A stretch of DNA of 64,000 nt from an uncultured bacterium (GCA_963824495.1 CAWGPQ010000011.1:126654-190653), one strand, 5' to 3'. Counted from the stretch's first letter, positions 41,186 to 52,283 are shown. Numbers and translations are program-made. Notes: a model not told the origin generated them from the sequence alone.

Positions 41186-41362
41186 CTAGTCTTCCCCTTC
41201 ATTGCCATAGGGATACCATTTCTGACCAAAATATCTTCCACGCTCCAACTTAGTGTTCTTCTTATGCAGCGAATGGCCACCAAGACGTTCAGAGCGTTCT
41301 CTGTGAGGCTGATGGACTTTTTTAGATCTTAAGTAATTCAGAAGTTCTTTTATGTGCTTCAT
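41186..41362 (-). CDS. Small basic hypothetical protein (58 aa), not in ORF track
   Basis: AAGGAGG RBS then MKHIKELLNYLRSKKVHQPHRERSERLGGHSLHKKNTKLERGRYFGQKWYPYGNEGED. Confidence 0.5.
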   Translation of the reverse strand: MKHIKELLNYLRSKKVHQPHRERSERLGGHSLHKKNTKLERGRYFGQKWYPYGNEGED

Positions 41363-41503
41363 AGGTCCTCCTTATGAGGTTTCTCATTTCAACATAGCAT
41401 AATATAATACAAACATTCAATATTTTTTTAAAAAATAATATTATAAGACTATTTTGCCTTTATCGGGGGCTATAGGCCTCCAAGAAGCGGGAAAAGAGGC
41501 CAA

Positions 41504-42046
41504 TTAGAAAATCGGACAAAACCCAAGCAGATAGAGACCATTAAGAAAATGCTCTTGAAGTGTTTCATCAAAAGCATCTTGATGAGCCTTTTGCTCAATA
41601 AGTAATATACCACAGTTATTATTTTTAATATCCCAGGTAAAATATAACGGATTAGTCAGGTTGAGATGAGATATCAATTCTTTGAGAACGTCTTTTTTTT
41701 CGCGCTGTGCTCGTATAAAGCTAGGTAATGCAAGAGCACGTACTTTTTTATTGAAAGCACATTGAAGCATATGATGTGAGAATGCCTCGGGATCATCCCA
41801 ATGACTTGAACCATTCATGTATTCTTCATCACTGCTAAAACCGGTAACACCCTTACAGCAGTCAAAATCAGGATTATCAACAAAATAGGCCGCTTTGTAC
41901 AGATCAAGGCAACGCGCAGCACACAGCTCATGCAAGACAAATTCTGTGGCGTTATCTATACCATACACCGATAGTATTTTCCGGGGTAAGCAGCTCAAAC
42001 AGGTGAGCAGCTGGTGATGGCGTGGGGATATGTCTTTGTGCTCCAT
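41504..42046 (-). CDS. Hypothetical protein
   Basis: 180-aa ORF with GAGG RBS; no family recognised. Confidence 0.65.
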   Translation of the reverse strand: MEHKDISPRHHQLLTCLSCLPRKILSVYGIDNATEFVLHELCAARCLDLYKAAYFVDNPDFDCCKGVTGFSSDEEYMNGSSHWDDPEAFSHHMLQCAFNKKVRALALPSFIRAQREKKDVLKELISHLNLTNPLYFTWDIKNNNCGILLIEQKAHQDAFDETLQEHFLNGLYLLGFCPIF

Positions 42047-42252
42047 GACGTTACCCTCATAGTAAAATAGCGGCTACGCACTATACATTTTGTCACATTA
42101 CTCTTTTTTTGACTCTTTTCTTGACTCTCTTCTTGTAATCATAGTAACAGACAACTATGGAAGAAAGCAATAGGAATTTTTAGTGTATCTTGCTCGAGCA
42201 TACAGCACATGATACCCTTATAGTATAAAGTTACGAAGTAGCGAAAAATAGC

Positions 42253-43362
42253 TTGTGGCTTAAGGAGTATGTGTTAATGTGTACACACAACGAAGCATTT
42301 TACCATGCATTTCGTTTCCTCATTTTTGCAACGCTTCTCGCGTATCCCCTATCACTTATTACTCGTAGCATTCATCGACCCTATGACCCCCTTATACCGG
42401 AAATTACAACGCGATGGATCGATGAGACTAAGACGTATCGATTACGTGACACACGTCTTCAAGAGTATGCACTCTTCAAAACATTCGATAAAGAGCATTT
42501 TTATAGTCACTTGCTTCCTCAAGATCGTATAACCTTTCGTAATCATCCAGAACGATCTGTCAATAGCGCAGAACTTAATAATCTTATAGAAGAGTTCGTC
42601 AATGAGCTACGTGTCCTGAAAATCAAAAAAACACACCATAAGCACTTTGTTGTGCTTAAGCAACGTGATTTTAACCCTATTACCTGCTCGGGTATTATTA
42701 TTCTCAAATTCAAACGATACCCATTTGTTGTAAAGCTTTTTTTGGAGACACCTCAAACCTTTGTTGATCCTTTTTCTAAGGGATTTGAGCCCATAGTGTT
42801 CTTTATTATGGGTGGTGGTGCCAATCGCTATTCGTCAGGCCTTCTTCGTATCAAAAATTTAGAGATTATTAGGCAACGCCTTAAGAGCGATCCCTACTGG
42901 TCAGAACGAATTGATACGCCACGCAAATGGTTTTGGCTCTCCAAAAATACCCGCTGGTTTGAATTAAAAGGAAAAAATATAGGCGCACATGAACAACAGT
43001 CATGTGAACTGCCTTCAATTTATGGTATTATTGCAGATGAAATCGATTCAGGCAAAGTTTTTACGCTCTTTAATAAAGAACAGCGTGATTTTGCACTCCA
43101 GCTTTCCCGTTTTCTTGGTATATCTATTGACCCGCATATCGATAACTTTATGTATGAGGAACTAACAGGCAAAATTGTTCTTGTTGATACAGAGCATTTT
43201 GGTACGATGGTAGGCTTGCGTAAACCATTTGTGTTTGATAGTTATTTTGAGTGGTACCTAGGACTTGCCCGTAAGTTCACGCATGACAAATTTTTACGTA
43301 ATAAAAAAGTTCGCCGTGCACTACAGCGCGAAACAGGAATAGATCGCCTACATACATACTAA
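42253..43362 (+). CDS. Hypothetical membrane-anchored protein with possible kinase-like fold
   Basis: N-terminal TM; FVVKLF, DPHIDNF and VLVDTE in kinase motif order. Confidence 0.5.
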   Translation: MWLKEYVLMCTHNEAFYHAFRFLIFATLLAYPLSLITRSIHRPYDPLIPEITTRWIDETKTYRLRDTRLQEYALFKTFDKEHFYSHLLPQDRITFRNHPERSVNSAELNNLIEEFVNELRVLKIKKTHHKHFVVLKQRDFNPITCSGIIILKFKRYPFVVKLFLETPQTFVDPFSKGFEPIVFFIMGGGANRYSSGLLRIKNLEIIRQRLKSDPYWSERIDTPRKWFWLSKNTRWFELKGKNIGAHEQQSCELPSIYGIIADEIDSGKVFTLFNKEQRDFALQLSRFLGISIDPHIDNFMYEELTGKIVLVDTEHFGTMVGLRKPFVFDSYFEWYLGLARKFTHDKFLRNKKVRRALQRETGIDRLHTY

Positions 43363-44756
43363 CTCGCGCTCAAGCTTTTTTACCAATACAGCTATCTCCG
43401 TATGATCATGTTGATACTGCTCAATCTTTTCACATGCATACATAACAGTTGAGTGGTCCTTGCGATGCAAAAAGAGCCCAATCTCCCGCAGTGAATAACG
43501 GGTAAATTTTTTCATGCAATACAAGGCAACATGCCGTGCAAGTGTAAGCTCTTTGCTCCTGCTTGCAGAGCGAAGATCAGTCAGCGTATAGCCAAAATGA
43601 CGAGCAATATATTCAGTAATTCGTTGAAGATCTCCCGATGCTTGCTGTATTTCTTGGGTTTTTATAAGCACTTTCTGGGCAAGCTCAAGCGTGAGTGGTT
43701 GCTGAGTAAGGACAGCAAATGCACAGACCCTAAGAAGTGCCCCTTCAAGCTCTCGTATGCTCGAGATCACGTGTGAAGCAATAAAATGTGCAACATCATC
43801 ACCTACGTGTTCATTATTAAGCTGAGCCTTTTTTTTAGGATGGCTACTTTCGTCTCTAAGCTTGCCATTTGAATATCAACGATAAGCCCTCCCTCAAGTC
43901 GTGAGCGCATCCGCTCAGCGAGTCCTGCAATATCACGCGGCAACGAGTCACTTGAACAAACAATTTGCTTATGTGCTTGATGTAGGGCATTGAAAATATG
44001 AAAAAATGCTTCCTGTGTTTGCTCTTTATTCGATATAAACTGAATGTCATCAATGAGCAACACATCAATATCTTTATAGCGTGTTTCAAATTGATATATT
44101 TTATCAAAGCGTATAGCATTAATAAACTCATTAACAAAACGATCAGCTGACTGATAGAGAATATGTGCTTTTTTGTTCTTATTTTTAATATGATTGCCAA
44201 TAGCATGAAGCAAATGAGTTTTACCTAACCCTGACCCTCCATAAATAAAAAGAGGATTATAGAGAGTACCAGACTTTTCGGCAACAGCATGGGCAGCGGC
44301 GTAAGCGAGTGAATTATTGGGCCCCACAACAAACGTATCAAATTGATACACATGATTGATGGGTCCTCGCTGTCGTCCTGCTGAACGAGAAACTATAGGA
44401 TTAGGGACCTGTACACGTATATCGGATACTACGGCAGGCTCTCTGATAGGCTGTAATGGATGTTGTGGGTGCTGTGGATTTTGAGCATCATCATAGGTAA
44501 AAGCAATGGTTATTGTTTTTTCATGCAATAAGCGACCCAGATGCTGCTTACATACATCACTATAGTGGGTACTGAGCCATTCTCTTACAAACAAGTTAGG
44601 TGTTTTAAGATATACAATCTTTTCGTAGGGATCCCAGCGGCTGAAGACGACAGCTTTAAACCATGTTTCAACAACACGACTTCCAGCTTCTTCTCGAACA
44701 ATAGCAAGAAAATCTCTCCAAATACTATTAAGCCCAACCACATTATCCCCGTACAA
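43348..44756 (-). CDS. dnaA: Chromosomal replication initiator DnaA, frameshifted in an A8 run (43829-43836)
   Basis: NPLFIYGGSGLGKTHL, LLIDDIQF, RELEGAL, RKDHSTVMYA; adding one A restores ILKKKAQLNNEH...SSIRELEG. Confidence 0.95.
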
Positions 44757-44770
44757 GAAACCAAGTTATG

Positions 44771-45550
44771 CTACAATGGTAAGTCTGTGCGCCGGATAGC
44801 ATAAGCATACATGTTTCTAACAACACCATTGACAATATAGCAAGCAATCAAGATACATAAAAAAAGATAGAACGATGTACCTGCAACCATGCTTATACCT
44901 ATACCACAAACTATGATGCTTGTATCAATCCAAGAATAACGTTTTTTTCTAGATCGTGTAAATTTAGGGAATGGGATAGATGAAATCATGAGAAGTGAGA
45001 TAATCGTAACAAACACCCAGAGCAGAGGTGATGCTATCGCTTGTGCTAACGAATACGCTTGCCCTGACAACGAGGTCAACATAAGCGTTGCTATAAAAGA
45101 AGCAGCGATGGTCGTGGGCAATCCGCTAAATGCTATCGGTTGCTTGGGCGCAGTTAGATTAAATTTTGCCAAACGTCCCAATCCAGCACAAACAAAAAAC
45201 CCTAAGACCGCAAGCTCTGGAAGAGAGATATCGTAAGGATACCAGCTATACAAAGCTACCGTTGGAGCCAAACAAAAAGATACAGCATCACAAAGAGAAT
45301 CCAGTTCTTGACCAAAATAACTCGATGACCCCAGTGCACGAGCAAGTCTACCATCGAAACCATCGAAAAATGCAGCAATAAGAATATAGTAAGCAGCTGC
45401 AAGATGATTACCTTCAAGCGACATAATAATAGATAAAAATCCACAGAGCGCATTGAGATACGTAACAAGGCACGGAACAATAAAAAGTGAATTTTTACAT
45501 CGCCTTTTGCTCTGTTCGCGAATAATTTTTAGCCGCATTAACATATCCAT
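44771..45550 (-). CDS. pssA: CDP-diacylglycerol--serine O-phosphatidyltransferase
   Basis: DGFDGRLAR..G.SS.FGQELDSLCD.VSF..AP motif; RLAKFN. Confidence 0.9.
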   Translation of the reverse strand: MDMLMRLKIIREQSKRRCKNSLFIVPCLVTYLNALCGFLSIIMSLEGNHLAAAYYILIAAFFDGFDGRLARALGSSSYFGQELDSLCDAVSFCLAPTVALYSWYPYDISLPELAVLGFFVCAGLGRLAKFNLTAPKQPIAFSGLPTTIAASFIATLMLTSLSGQAYSLAQAIASPLLWVFVTIISLLMISSIPFPKFTRSRKKRYSWIDTSIIVCGIGISMVAGTSFYLFLCILIACYIVNGVVRNMYAYAIRRTDLPL

Positions 45551-46221
45551 CTCCCTATAATTGTTATACCACCATAGACGCGATCCCCCCGTTTGACGTC
45601 AAGTTCCACGTGTTCAGGCAACAAAATATCCACCCGGGAACCAAACGTAATCATACCATATTTTTCACCACGCTGTAGCGTCATGCCTGGATGCACCCAA
45701 CAACAGATACGCCGGGCCAGCGTTCCAGCAATCTGACGTACAAGAATTTGCCTGCCAGAGGCATCTTTAATTACCATATCGTTACGTTCATTTAATTCAG
45801 AGCTTTTAGGAACAAAAGCCAGAGTAAATTTACCTTGCTTATACGTACAGCTCTCGACCATTCCTGTCATAGGCACCCACTGTACATGAACATCAAGGGG
45901 TGAAAGAAAAATAGAAATTTTGCGCTGATATACTCCCTGCGCAAGTGAGAGCTCTTGAACGTCAACAATACGTCCGTCCGCTGGGCATATAATAATGCTT
46001 GGCTCACAGCTTGTTTCAGGGCAAGTACGAGAGGGATTACGAAAAAAATACAAACTTAACAGCAAGCTCACCCCAGCACAATACACAAGGGGGATATAGA
46101 ACACAAGCCCAATTATTGAAATACCCAGCAAGGCACCGACTATGGTTTTACCCTCAGTCCATAATAAATTTTTTGTATGACTCATCTTGTAGCTCATGGT
46201 GTATTTCACAGTGTATTTCAC
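45538..46221 (-). CDS. psd: Phosphatidylserine decarboxylase proenzyme
   Basis: FFRNP.R, PADGRI, ISIFLSPLDVH, QIAG..ARRI, FGSRVD cleavage motif. Confidence 0.92.
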   Translation of the reverse strand: MKYTVKYTMSYKMSHTKNLLWTEGKTIVGALLGISIIGLVFYIPLVYCAGVSLLLSLYFFRNPSRTCPETSCEPSIIICPADGRIVDVQELSLAQGVYQRKISIFLSPLDVHVQWVPMTGMVESCTYKQGKFTLAFVPKSSELNERNDMVIKDASGRQILVRQIAGTLARRICCWVHPGMTLQRGEKYGMITFGSRVDILLPEHVELDVKRGDRVYGGITIIGRWIC

Positions 46222-46417
46222 GCGCTCCCGAATCAGGATCCTGGAGGCCTGGTGGATAGTTTTCGCTTTGTGCTATCAAAATTTTATATTTTATACAGCA
46301 ATCCCTTTCAAAAGAGGAGCTATCACATACTTCGAGGAGGCTTCGTGTGGCAATGTCAGCCAGCAGTCATGAAGTAGCGTAGGATGGCCTGCCCTACGGA
46401 GCTCGAAGAGCGTAGTA

Positions 46418-46494
46418 TGGTGCGCCCGACAGGAATTGAACCTGCGACCTACAGATTAGGAATCTGTCGCTCTATCCGACTGAGCTACGGGCGC
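46418..46494 (-). tRNA. tRNA-Arg(CCT)
   Basis: GCGCCCG acceptor stem, ACAGA-ttCCTaa-TCTGT anticodon arm, GGTTCAA T-loop, encoded CCA. Confidence 0.95.
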
Positions 46495-46636
46495 TTTAGT
46501 CAGATCACACAAATTGCGCGCCTTACTCCGAAACTTTCACGATCTTCGTAGCTTTCTTGTCATCCGTAGCTTCAGCGAAGGATGAAGCGAAGAAGATAGC
46601 TTAGTAATAGCAGCCATACTTCGCCAAGGCTTCGTA

Positions 46637-46713
46637 TGGTGCGCCCGGCAGGGATCGAACCTGCAACCTACGGATTCGAAGTCCGTCACTCTATCCAATT
46701 GAGCTACGGGCGC
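46637..46713 (-). tRNA. tRNA-Arg(TCG)
   Basis: GCGCCCG acceptor stem, ACGGA-ctTCGaa-TCCGT anticodon arm, GGTTCGA T-loop, encoded CCA. Confidence 0.95.
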
Positions 46714-46931
46714 CTACAATAACGACCTTTACTATACCATAATTATCGCAAAAAACCAATCTTTAAACGATACTATCAGTGCTACTATATCAATCATCTA
46801 CTGCTTGTGTGACGGCGATTCCGCTTGAGACTCATACCTGGAAGTATTTTTAAGAGCAATGCAAAATTCTCTTGTGCAATTCTAGAGGTATCAACTCCTC
46901 TTTAAATAGCGGCTTAATGCTCATACAAGCG

Positions 46932-47195
46932 TCAGTTCTGTTTACGATTGCGACCCCCGATGGAGGGAGCTAGAGCAAATTGAGCGATTTGTCGTGCGAC
47001 ATCGGGTGGAATAGGCTGACCTGCCGGTTGCCATGCAAATCGCCCCTGCGACGCCCTAATGTTGATATTCTGCCAAACACAGCCCGACCTGCTTGTCCTT
47101 CTAAGTCTGTATGACCACCTAGAGCTGCCCACATAAGAACAGTATAGCCATTATTAGTGGTATAATTAACATCAGCGTCAGCGCTGAGTGCAGCT
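46932..47195 (-). pseudogene. 3' remnant of an ankyrin gene paralogous to 11588-12829, cut at the composition junction
   Basis: ADVNYTTNNGYTVLMWAALGGH, LEGQAGRAVFGRIS, FAWQPAGQPIPPDVARQIAQ. Confidence 0.75.
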
Positions 47196-47218
47196 CGGCG
47201 CAAGGCGTTGGACCAAAC

Positions 47219-47249
47219 AAAAAAACCCCGGCCGTGGGCCGGGGTTTTG
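47219..47249 (-). terminator. Rho-independent terminator after ctrA
   Basis: AAAACCCCGGCC-gtg-GGCCGGGGTTTT with long A/T flanks. Confidence 0.85.
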
Positions 47250-47271
47250 TACTTTGTGAATTCGAAGCGGT

Positions 47272-47974
47272 TTAGGCGGAGATTTTAGCCTCGTCCTCGA
47301 TCGGCTCGCGCAGCACGTAGCCGCGGCCCCACACCGTTTCGATGTAGTTCTTGCCGCTCGAGGCGTTGGCGAGCTTCTTGCGCAGCTTGCAGATGAAGAC
47401 GTCGATGATCTTCAGCTCCGGCTCGTCCATGCCGCCATAGAGATGGTTGAGGAACATCTCCTTGGTCAGCGTCGTGCCCTTGCGCAGCGAAAGCAGCTCC
47501 AGCATCTGGTATTCCTTGCCGGTCAGATGCACGCGCGCGGCCGTTGACCTCGACCGTCTTGGTGTCGAGGTTGACGACGAGATCGCCGGTCTGGATGACG
47601 GACTGGGCGTGACCCTTGGAGCGGCGCACGATGGCGTGGATGCGCGCCACCAGTTCGTCCTTGTGGAACGGCTTGGTCATGTAGTCGTCGGCGCCGAAGC
47701 CGAGACCTCTGACCTTGTCCTCGATCCCGGCGAGGCCGGAGAGGATCAGGATCGGCGTTTTCACCTTGGAGACGCGCAGGCTGCGCAGCACTTCGAAGCC
47801 CGACATGTCCGGCAGGTTGATGTCGAGGAGGATAATGTCGTAATCGTAGATTTTGCCGAGATCGATCCCTTCCTCGCCGAGATCGGTCGTGTAGACGTTG
47901 AAGCTCTCCGACTTGAGCATCAACTCGATCGATTGCGCCGTGGCGCTATCGTCTTCGATCAGCAATACGCGCAT
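47272..47974 (-). CDS. ctrA: Cell-cycle master regulator CtrA (frameshift near 47535)
   Basis: [23 protein letters not shown]...KGHAQSVI, then [53 protein letters not shown]. Confidence 0.96.
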
Positions 47975-48357
47975 GCCAGTCCCCTTCCTCGCCGCGCAGG
48001 CTTCAAGGTCGGCAACGCCGCAACGGCGGCCCCCGGAAAACGCCTTGAGACAAACTGATTCGGGACGGTAAACGCGCTATGGTTAACAAAACCTCTTTCC
48101 GGTGCGCAAGCATTCTCTGGGCAAATTCGAGCGAATCGCCTTAAGATGCTGCGTGAAAGTGGTTTTTTAGCCATGCTGGCGTTCATGTTCCAAATTAAGT
48201 TTCGGCGCTAACCGATTCTAGCGACTCGCCCCTCCGTCACTGGCTGGCGAGCCGGCCTTGATCCCAAGGACGACGCAATGATTAACGGCCCGGGTAAATA
48301 CAGCGTTAAGACGGCCGACGCGGAGGTAACCAAGGCCGCGCGGCAGGCCGGCGCGCC

Positions 48358-49680
48358 ATGAAGGCGCTCGCCGAACAGATCAACGAGCTTGACGGCATCG
48401 AGATTTATGGCCGCGTGGTCGGCGTGCGCGGGCTGATGGTCGAAGTTGCGGGACCGCTGCATGCGATGTCGGTTGGCGCCCGGGTGATCGTCGAGACGCC
48501 CGCCAAGGCCATTCCCTGCGAGGTGGTAGGATTCTCCGGCCCTTACGCGCTGCTGATGCCGTTTGCGCCGCTCGAAGGCGTGCGGCGGGGATGCCGGGCG
48601 GTGGTCACCTCGGTGGCCGGGGCGGTGCGGCCATCGGCCGGCTGGCTCGGGCGGGTGGTCAACGCCTTGGGCGAGCCGATCGACGGTAAAGGCGCACTCC
48701 TGTTCGGGCCGTCGCCATATGCATTTAGCAATACGCCGCCGCTGGCGCACGCCCGCCGCCGGGTCGGGGCGCCGCTCGATCTCGGTGTGCGGGCGCTCAA
48801 CACCTTCGTGACCTGCTGCCGCGGCCAGCGCATGGGCATTTTCTCTGGCTCCGGCGTCGGCAAATCGGTGCTGCTGTCGATGCTGGCGCGCAACGTGGTC
48901 GCCGACGTGACCGTGATCGGACTGATCGGCGAACGCGGTCGCGAGGTGCAGGAATTCCTACAGGACGACCTCGGGGAGGCGGGTCTTGCCCGCTCGGTGG
49001 TCGTGGTCTCGACGTCCGACGAGCCGGCTTTGATGCGCCGCCAGGCCGCCCATGTCACGCTCGCCATCGCCGAATATTTCCGCGACGAGGGCAAGGACGT
49101 GCTGGTGCTGATGGACTCGGTCACCCGCTTTGCCATGGCGCAGCGCGAGATCGGGCTTTCTGCCGGCGAGCCGCCGACCGCCAAGGGCTATACGCCGACG
49201 GTGTTCACCGAGCTGCCGCGACTGCTCGAACGAGCCGGGCCCGGCACCGAGCAGGGCACCATCACCGGCATATTCACCGTCCTGGTCGATGGCGACGATC
49301 ACAACGAGCCGATCGCCGACGCCGTGCGCGGCATTCTCGACGGCCATATCGTCATGGAGCGGGCTATCGCCGAGCGCGGCCGCTATCCGGCGATCAACAT
49401 GCTCAAGTCGGTGTCGCGCACCATGCCGCGCGCCGCCGACCCGGCGTATCTGCCGGTGCTGACCCGCGCCCGCCAGATCATGGCGACCTATGCAGATATG
49501 GAGGAACTGATCCGGCTCGGCGCCTATCGGGCCGGCACCAGCCCCGAGGTCGATGAGGCCATCCGCCTGCACAAGCCGCTCGAGGCTTTCCTCGCCCAAG
49601 GTAAGGAAGAAGCAACCAGCTTGGCGGAAGGTTACCGCCGTTTGGCCGAAATCATGGCGGGCGCGGAAACCGAACGCTAA
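48358..49680 (+). CDS. fliI: Flagellar export ATPase FliI
   Basis: [36 protein letters not shown]; alphaproteobacterial ctrA-fliI-fliJ synteny. Confidence 0.96.
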   Translation: MKALAEQINELDGIEIYGRVVGVRGLMVEVAGPLHAMSVGARVIVETPAKAIPCEVVGFSGPYALLMPFAPLEGVRRGCRAVVTSVAGAVRPSAGWLGRVVNALGEPIDGKGALLFGPSPYAFSNTPPLAHARRRVGAPLDLGVRALNTFVTCCRGQRMGIFSGSGVGKSVLLSMLARNVVADVTVIGLIGERGREVQEFLQDDLGEAGLARSVVVVSTSDEPALMRRQAAHVTLAIAEYFRDEGKDVLVLMDSVTRFAMAQREIGLSAGEPPTAKGYTPTVFTELPRLLERAGPGTEQGTITGIFTVLVDGDDHNEPIADAVRGILDGHIVMERAIAERGRYPAINMLKSVSRTMPRAADPAYLPVLTRARQIMATYADMEELIRLGAYRAGTSPEVDEAIRLHKPLEAFLAQGKEEATSLAEGYRRLAEIMAGAETER

Positions 49681-49766
49681 CGTTATCGGGGCAGAATTGC
49701 GAGTCTGTGGCCGCCGCCGGAGGGCCGGCGGCGCCATGTCCCGCGGCCTTCGGGGAGTAGCAGTCG

Positions 49767-50185
49767 ATGAAGTCCCGTGAGACGCTCATTCGCCTGAAGA
49801 AGTTTCAGGTCGACGAGAAGCGGCGCAAAGTCGCGCAAATCGAGACCATGATTGCCGAATTCGAGCGCATGGCGGCTGACCTGGAGCGCGAAATCCGGGT
49901 CGAGCAGGATCGCGCCGGCATCCACGATCCCGGGCATTTTGCCTATCCGACCTATGCCAAGGCCGCGATGGTCGCCGCGAAAATCTCAAACGTTCGGCGG
50001 ATGAACTGCGGACCCAGCTCGAGGACGCGAAAATGGCGCTCGGCGAAGCCTTCGACGAGCTGAAGAAGGTCGAATTGCTGGACGAGCGCGACCAGATGCG
50101 CGAGCGCGAGGCGGAAAATGCCGCCGAACAGGCCGAACTCGACACCATCGCATTGATGCGCGTGCGCGGCAGCGCGCCGGCCTAG
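49767..50185 (+). CDS. fliJ: Flagellar export chaperone FliJ (frameshift near 49970)
   Basis: MKSRETLIRLKKFQVDEKRR...HFAYPTYAKAA; second frame gives EAFDELKKVELLDER. Confidence 0.85.
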
Positions 50186-50387
50186 AGCCGAATACCTTCC
50201 GACTCATTCCGCGGCCAAGCGCAGCGAGGAGCCGGATCTCCGCGCCGGATGCCAAGGTTCGTGCAGATCATGCGCGGGCCTGGACGGGCTGCTCGGCCCG
50301 GAATGACCAAGACCGCTTTCGCTCTCGACGAGCGCCCGCTTCCGCGGCGATAATCGCCGTGTTGGGGTCCCGGGGCCAGGGGCAGTG

Positions 50388-50936
50388 ATGTTGACGCAAG
50401 CGGAATTGGTCTGGACTGCTCGCGGAGGTCGCCAAGGGCGACGTGGCGGCATTCGAGCGGCTCTATGGTGCTACCCGCGCGAAACTCTACGGCGTGCTGC
50501 TCCGTATCTTGGGCAGGCCTGAACTGGCCGACGAGGTCATGCAGGAGACCTATCTCAAGGTGTGGAAGATGGCCGGCAGGTTCGACCCGACTGTCGCCAG
50601 CCCGATCACCTGGATGGTGGCGATCGCGCGCAATCGCGCCATCGACATCGTGCGCAAGCGGGGCGAACGTGTCGATCGAGGAAGAGCCGGAGGCGCTCGA
50701 CGTCGCCGCCGGACACGCCGCCGCCGCTTGCGCGCCGCGAGATGACCGAGGAGCTCAAGCGTCTGTTGTCGTGTCTCGGCAAGCTCGATCCGGAAAAGCA
50801 GCGCATCGTGCTGCTCGCCTATTACAGCGGCTGGAGCCGAGATCAACTGGCGAAGAAGCTCGACATTCCCGTGAACACAATCAAGACTTGGTTGCGTCGC
50901 AGCCTGCTTGAAATCCGTGGATGTATGGGAAGCTGA
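50388..50936 (+). CDS. ECF sigma-70 factor (several indels)
   Basis: AFERLY.ATRAKLYG..LRIL, QETYLKVW, WMVAIARNRAID, LDIPVNTIKTWLRRSL. Confidence 0.85.
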
Positions 50937-50954
50937 CGGAGGAGCTTGGCTGGG

Positions 50955-51988
50955 ATGTTTGAAGAGGACCAGGAAACGCTCGCCGCGGAATATGTGCTGG
51001 GCACGCTTTCCGCCGAGGAGCGCGAACACGCCGAGGCCTTGCGGTCATTCGATCCGGAATTCGACGCGGCCGTGCGGCAGTGGGAACGCCGGCTGGGCGA
51101 GCTCAACGTCATGGTGGAGGCGGTCGAGCCGCCGGCCGAGGTCTGGGACAAGATCAAAAAGGAGGTCAGCCCGGAAGCCGCGGCTGCCGCCGACGCGGCG
51201 TCTTCGGAAACGGCCGCGGAGGCTGAAGGCCCGCGCGATCTTGATTCGCCTGGGACCACCGATGTTGTCGCTGGCGATTTCTTGTTCTTGGAACCGTCGA
51301 CGCAGCCAGCCGAGGTTTCCGAGGAGCCGGCCGAGGCTTCCGAGAAGCCGGCCGAAACGCCGGCCGACGACTTGGCTGTGCCGCCTCCGCTCGCGGCCAG
51401 GCAGGGCGGCGTTCCGCGCAGCGCCGACATTGTCGTTTTGCGGAGGCGGGTCCGGCGCTGGCGCGGCTTCACGATCGGCCTTGGCGCGATCGCGGCTTTG
51501 CTGGCGGCCTATATCGCCGTGTCGCAAGTGGCGCCCGATCTCGATTCCGCCGCAACTGCGGGCGGTCGGCGCCGGCCTGATGGCGCGCATCGAACCGCCG
51601 GTGCGAGGGCCGCAGGACCGGCTGGTTGCCGTATTGCAGCAGCAGCCGACAGCGCCGGCCTTCCTGCTCACGGTGGATACCCGGCAGCGCACGCTGTTCG
51701 TGCGCCGAGTTTCCGCCGGGCTTGAAACCGACCGCAGCTATGAGCTTTGGCTGATTGCTGGCCGCTCCTCAGCCCCGCGCTCGCTCGGCGTTGTCGGCAG
51801 CGACGAATTCACGCAACGCCCGCTGCCGGCAAATATCGATCTCGATACGCTCCGTGCGGCGACCTACGCGGTGTCGCTCGAGCCGGCTGGTGGTTCGCCA
51901 AGCGGCGCGCCGACCGGCCCGGTTCTCTTCACCGGCAAGGCGGTCGAGATCTCTTCCGGCGTCGCCGCCGCCTGCGCCGAAGACGTAA
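50955..51988 (+). CDS. RskA-type anti-sigma factor (indels)
   Basis: LAAEYVLGTLSAEER; TM after RRWRG; SYELWLI; AVSLEPAGGSPSGAPTGPVLF. Confidence 0.82.
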
Positions 51989-51996
51989 TCGCACCG

Positions 51997-52085
51997 CGTC
52001 ATGGCCGGGCTTTGTCCCGGCCATCTCGTTTCACAGAATGTAGCGCTAACAAACGGGATGCCCGGCACAAGGGCCGGGCATGACG
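51997..52085. repeat. Rhizobial REP-like palindromic intergenic element
   Basis: CGTCATGGCCGGGCTTTGTCCCGGCCATC ... GATGCCCGGCACAAGGGCCGGGCATGACG, an inverted pair of hairpins. Confidence 0.75.
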
Positions 52086-52091
52086 GCACCG

Positions 52092-52283
52092 TTACCGAAT
52101 CGCCGGCAGCCGTCCGCTCACCGCGGTGGGCTGGCCCGCTTTCACCAGCGGGGCGGTGCCAAGATCGACGTCGCGGATATTGGCGAAAATGCCCACGGCA
52201 GCGACAATAGTCGCGCACAGAAGGCCGACCACGATGATCTTCAAATGAGTGCGGCGGTCCGCGCTATACATCGAGTGGTTCAT
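52092..52283 (-). CDS. Small single-TM protein (63 aa)
   Basis: GGGAGG RBS; MNHSMYSADRRTHLKIIVVGLL..; CtrA box upstream. Confidence 0.75.
   Translation of the reverse strand: MNHSMYSADRRTHLKIIVVGLLCATIVAAVGIFANIRDVDLGTAPLVKAGQPTAVSGRLPAIR

Noticed and set aside
43829..43836. Programmed frameshift or pseudogenisation of dnaA
   Set aside because: A single missing base in a homopolymer of a normally essential gene is typical of long-read error.
46418..47280. Genomic island integrated at tRNA-Arg
   Set aside because: The junction lies on the 5' side of the tRNAs ~480 bp away, there is no duplicated tRNA end or integrase, and the cargo is core genes of another phylum.
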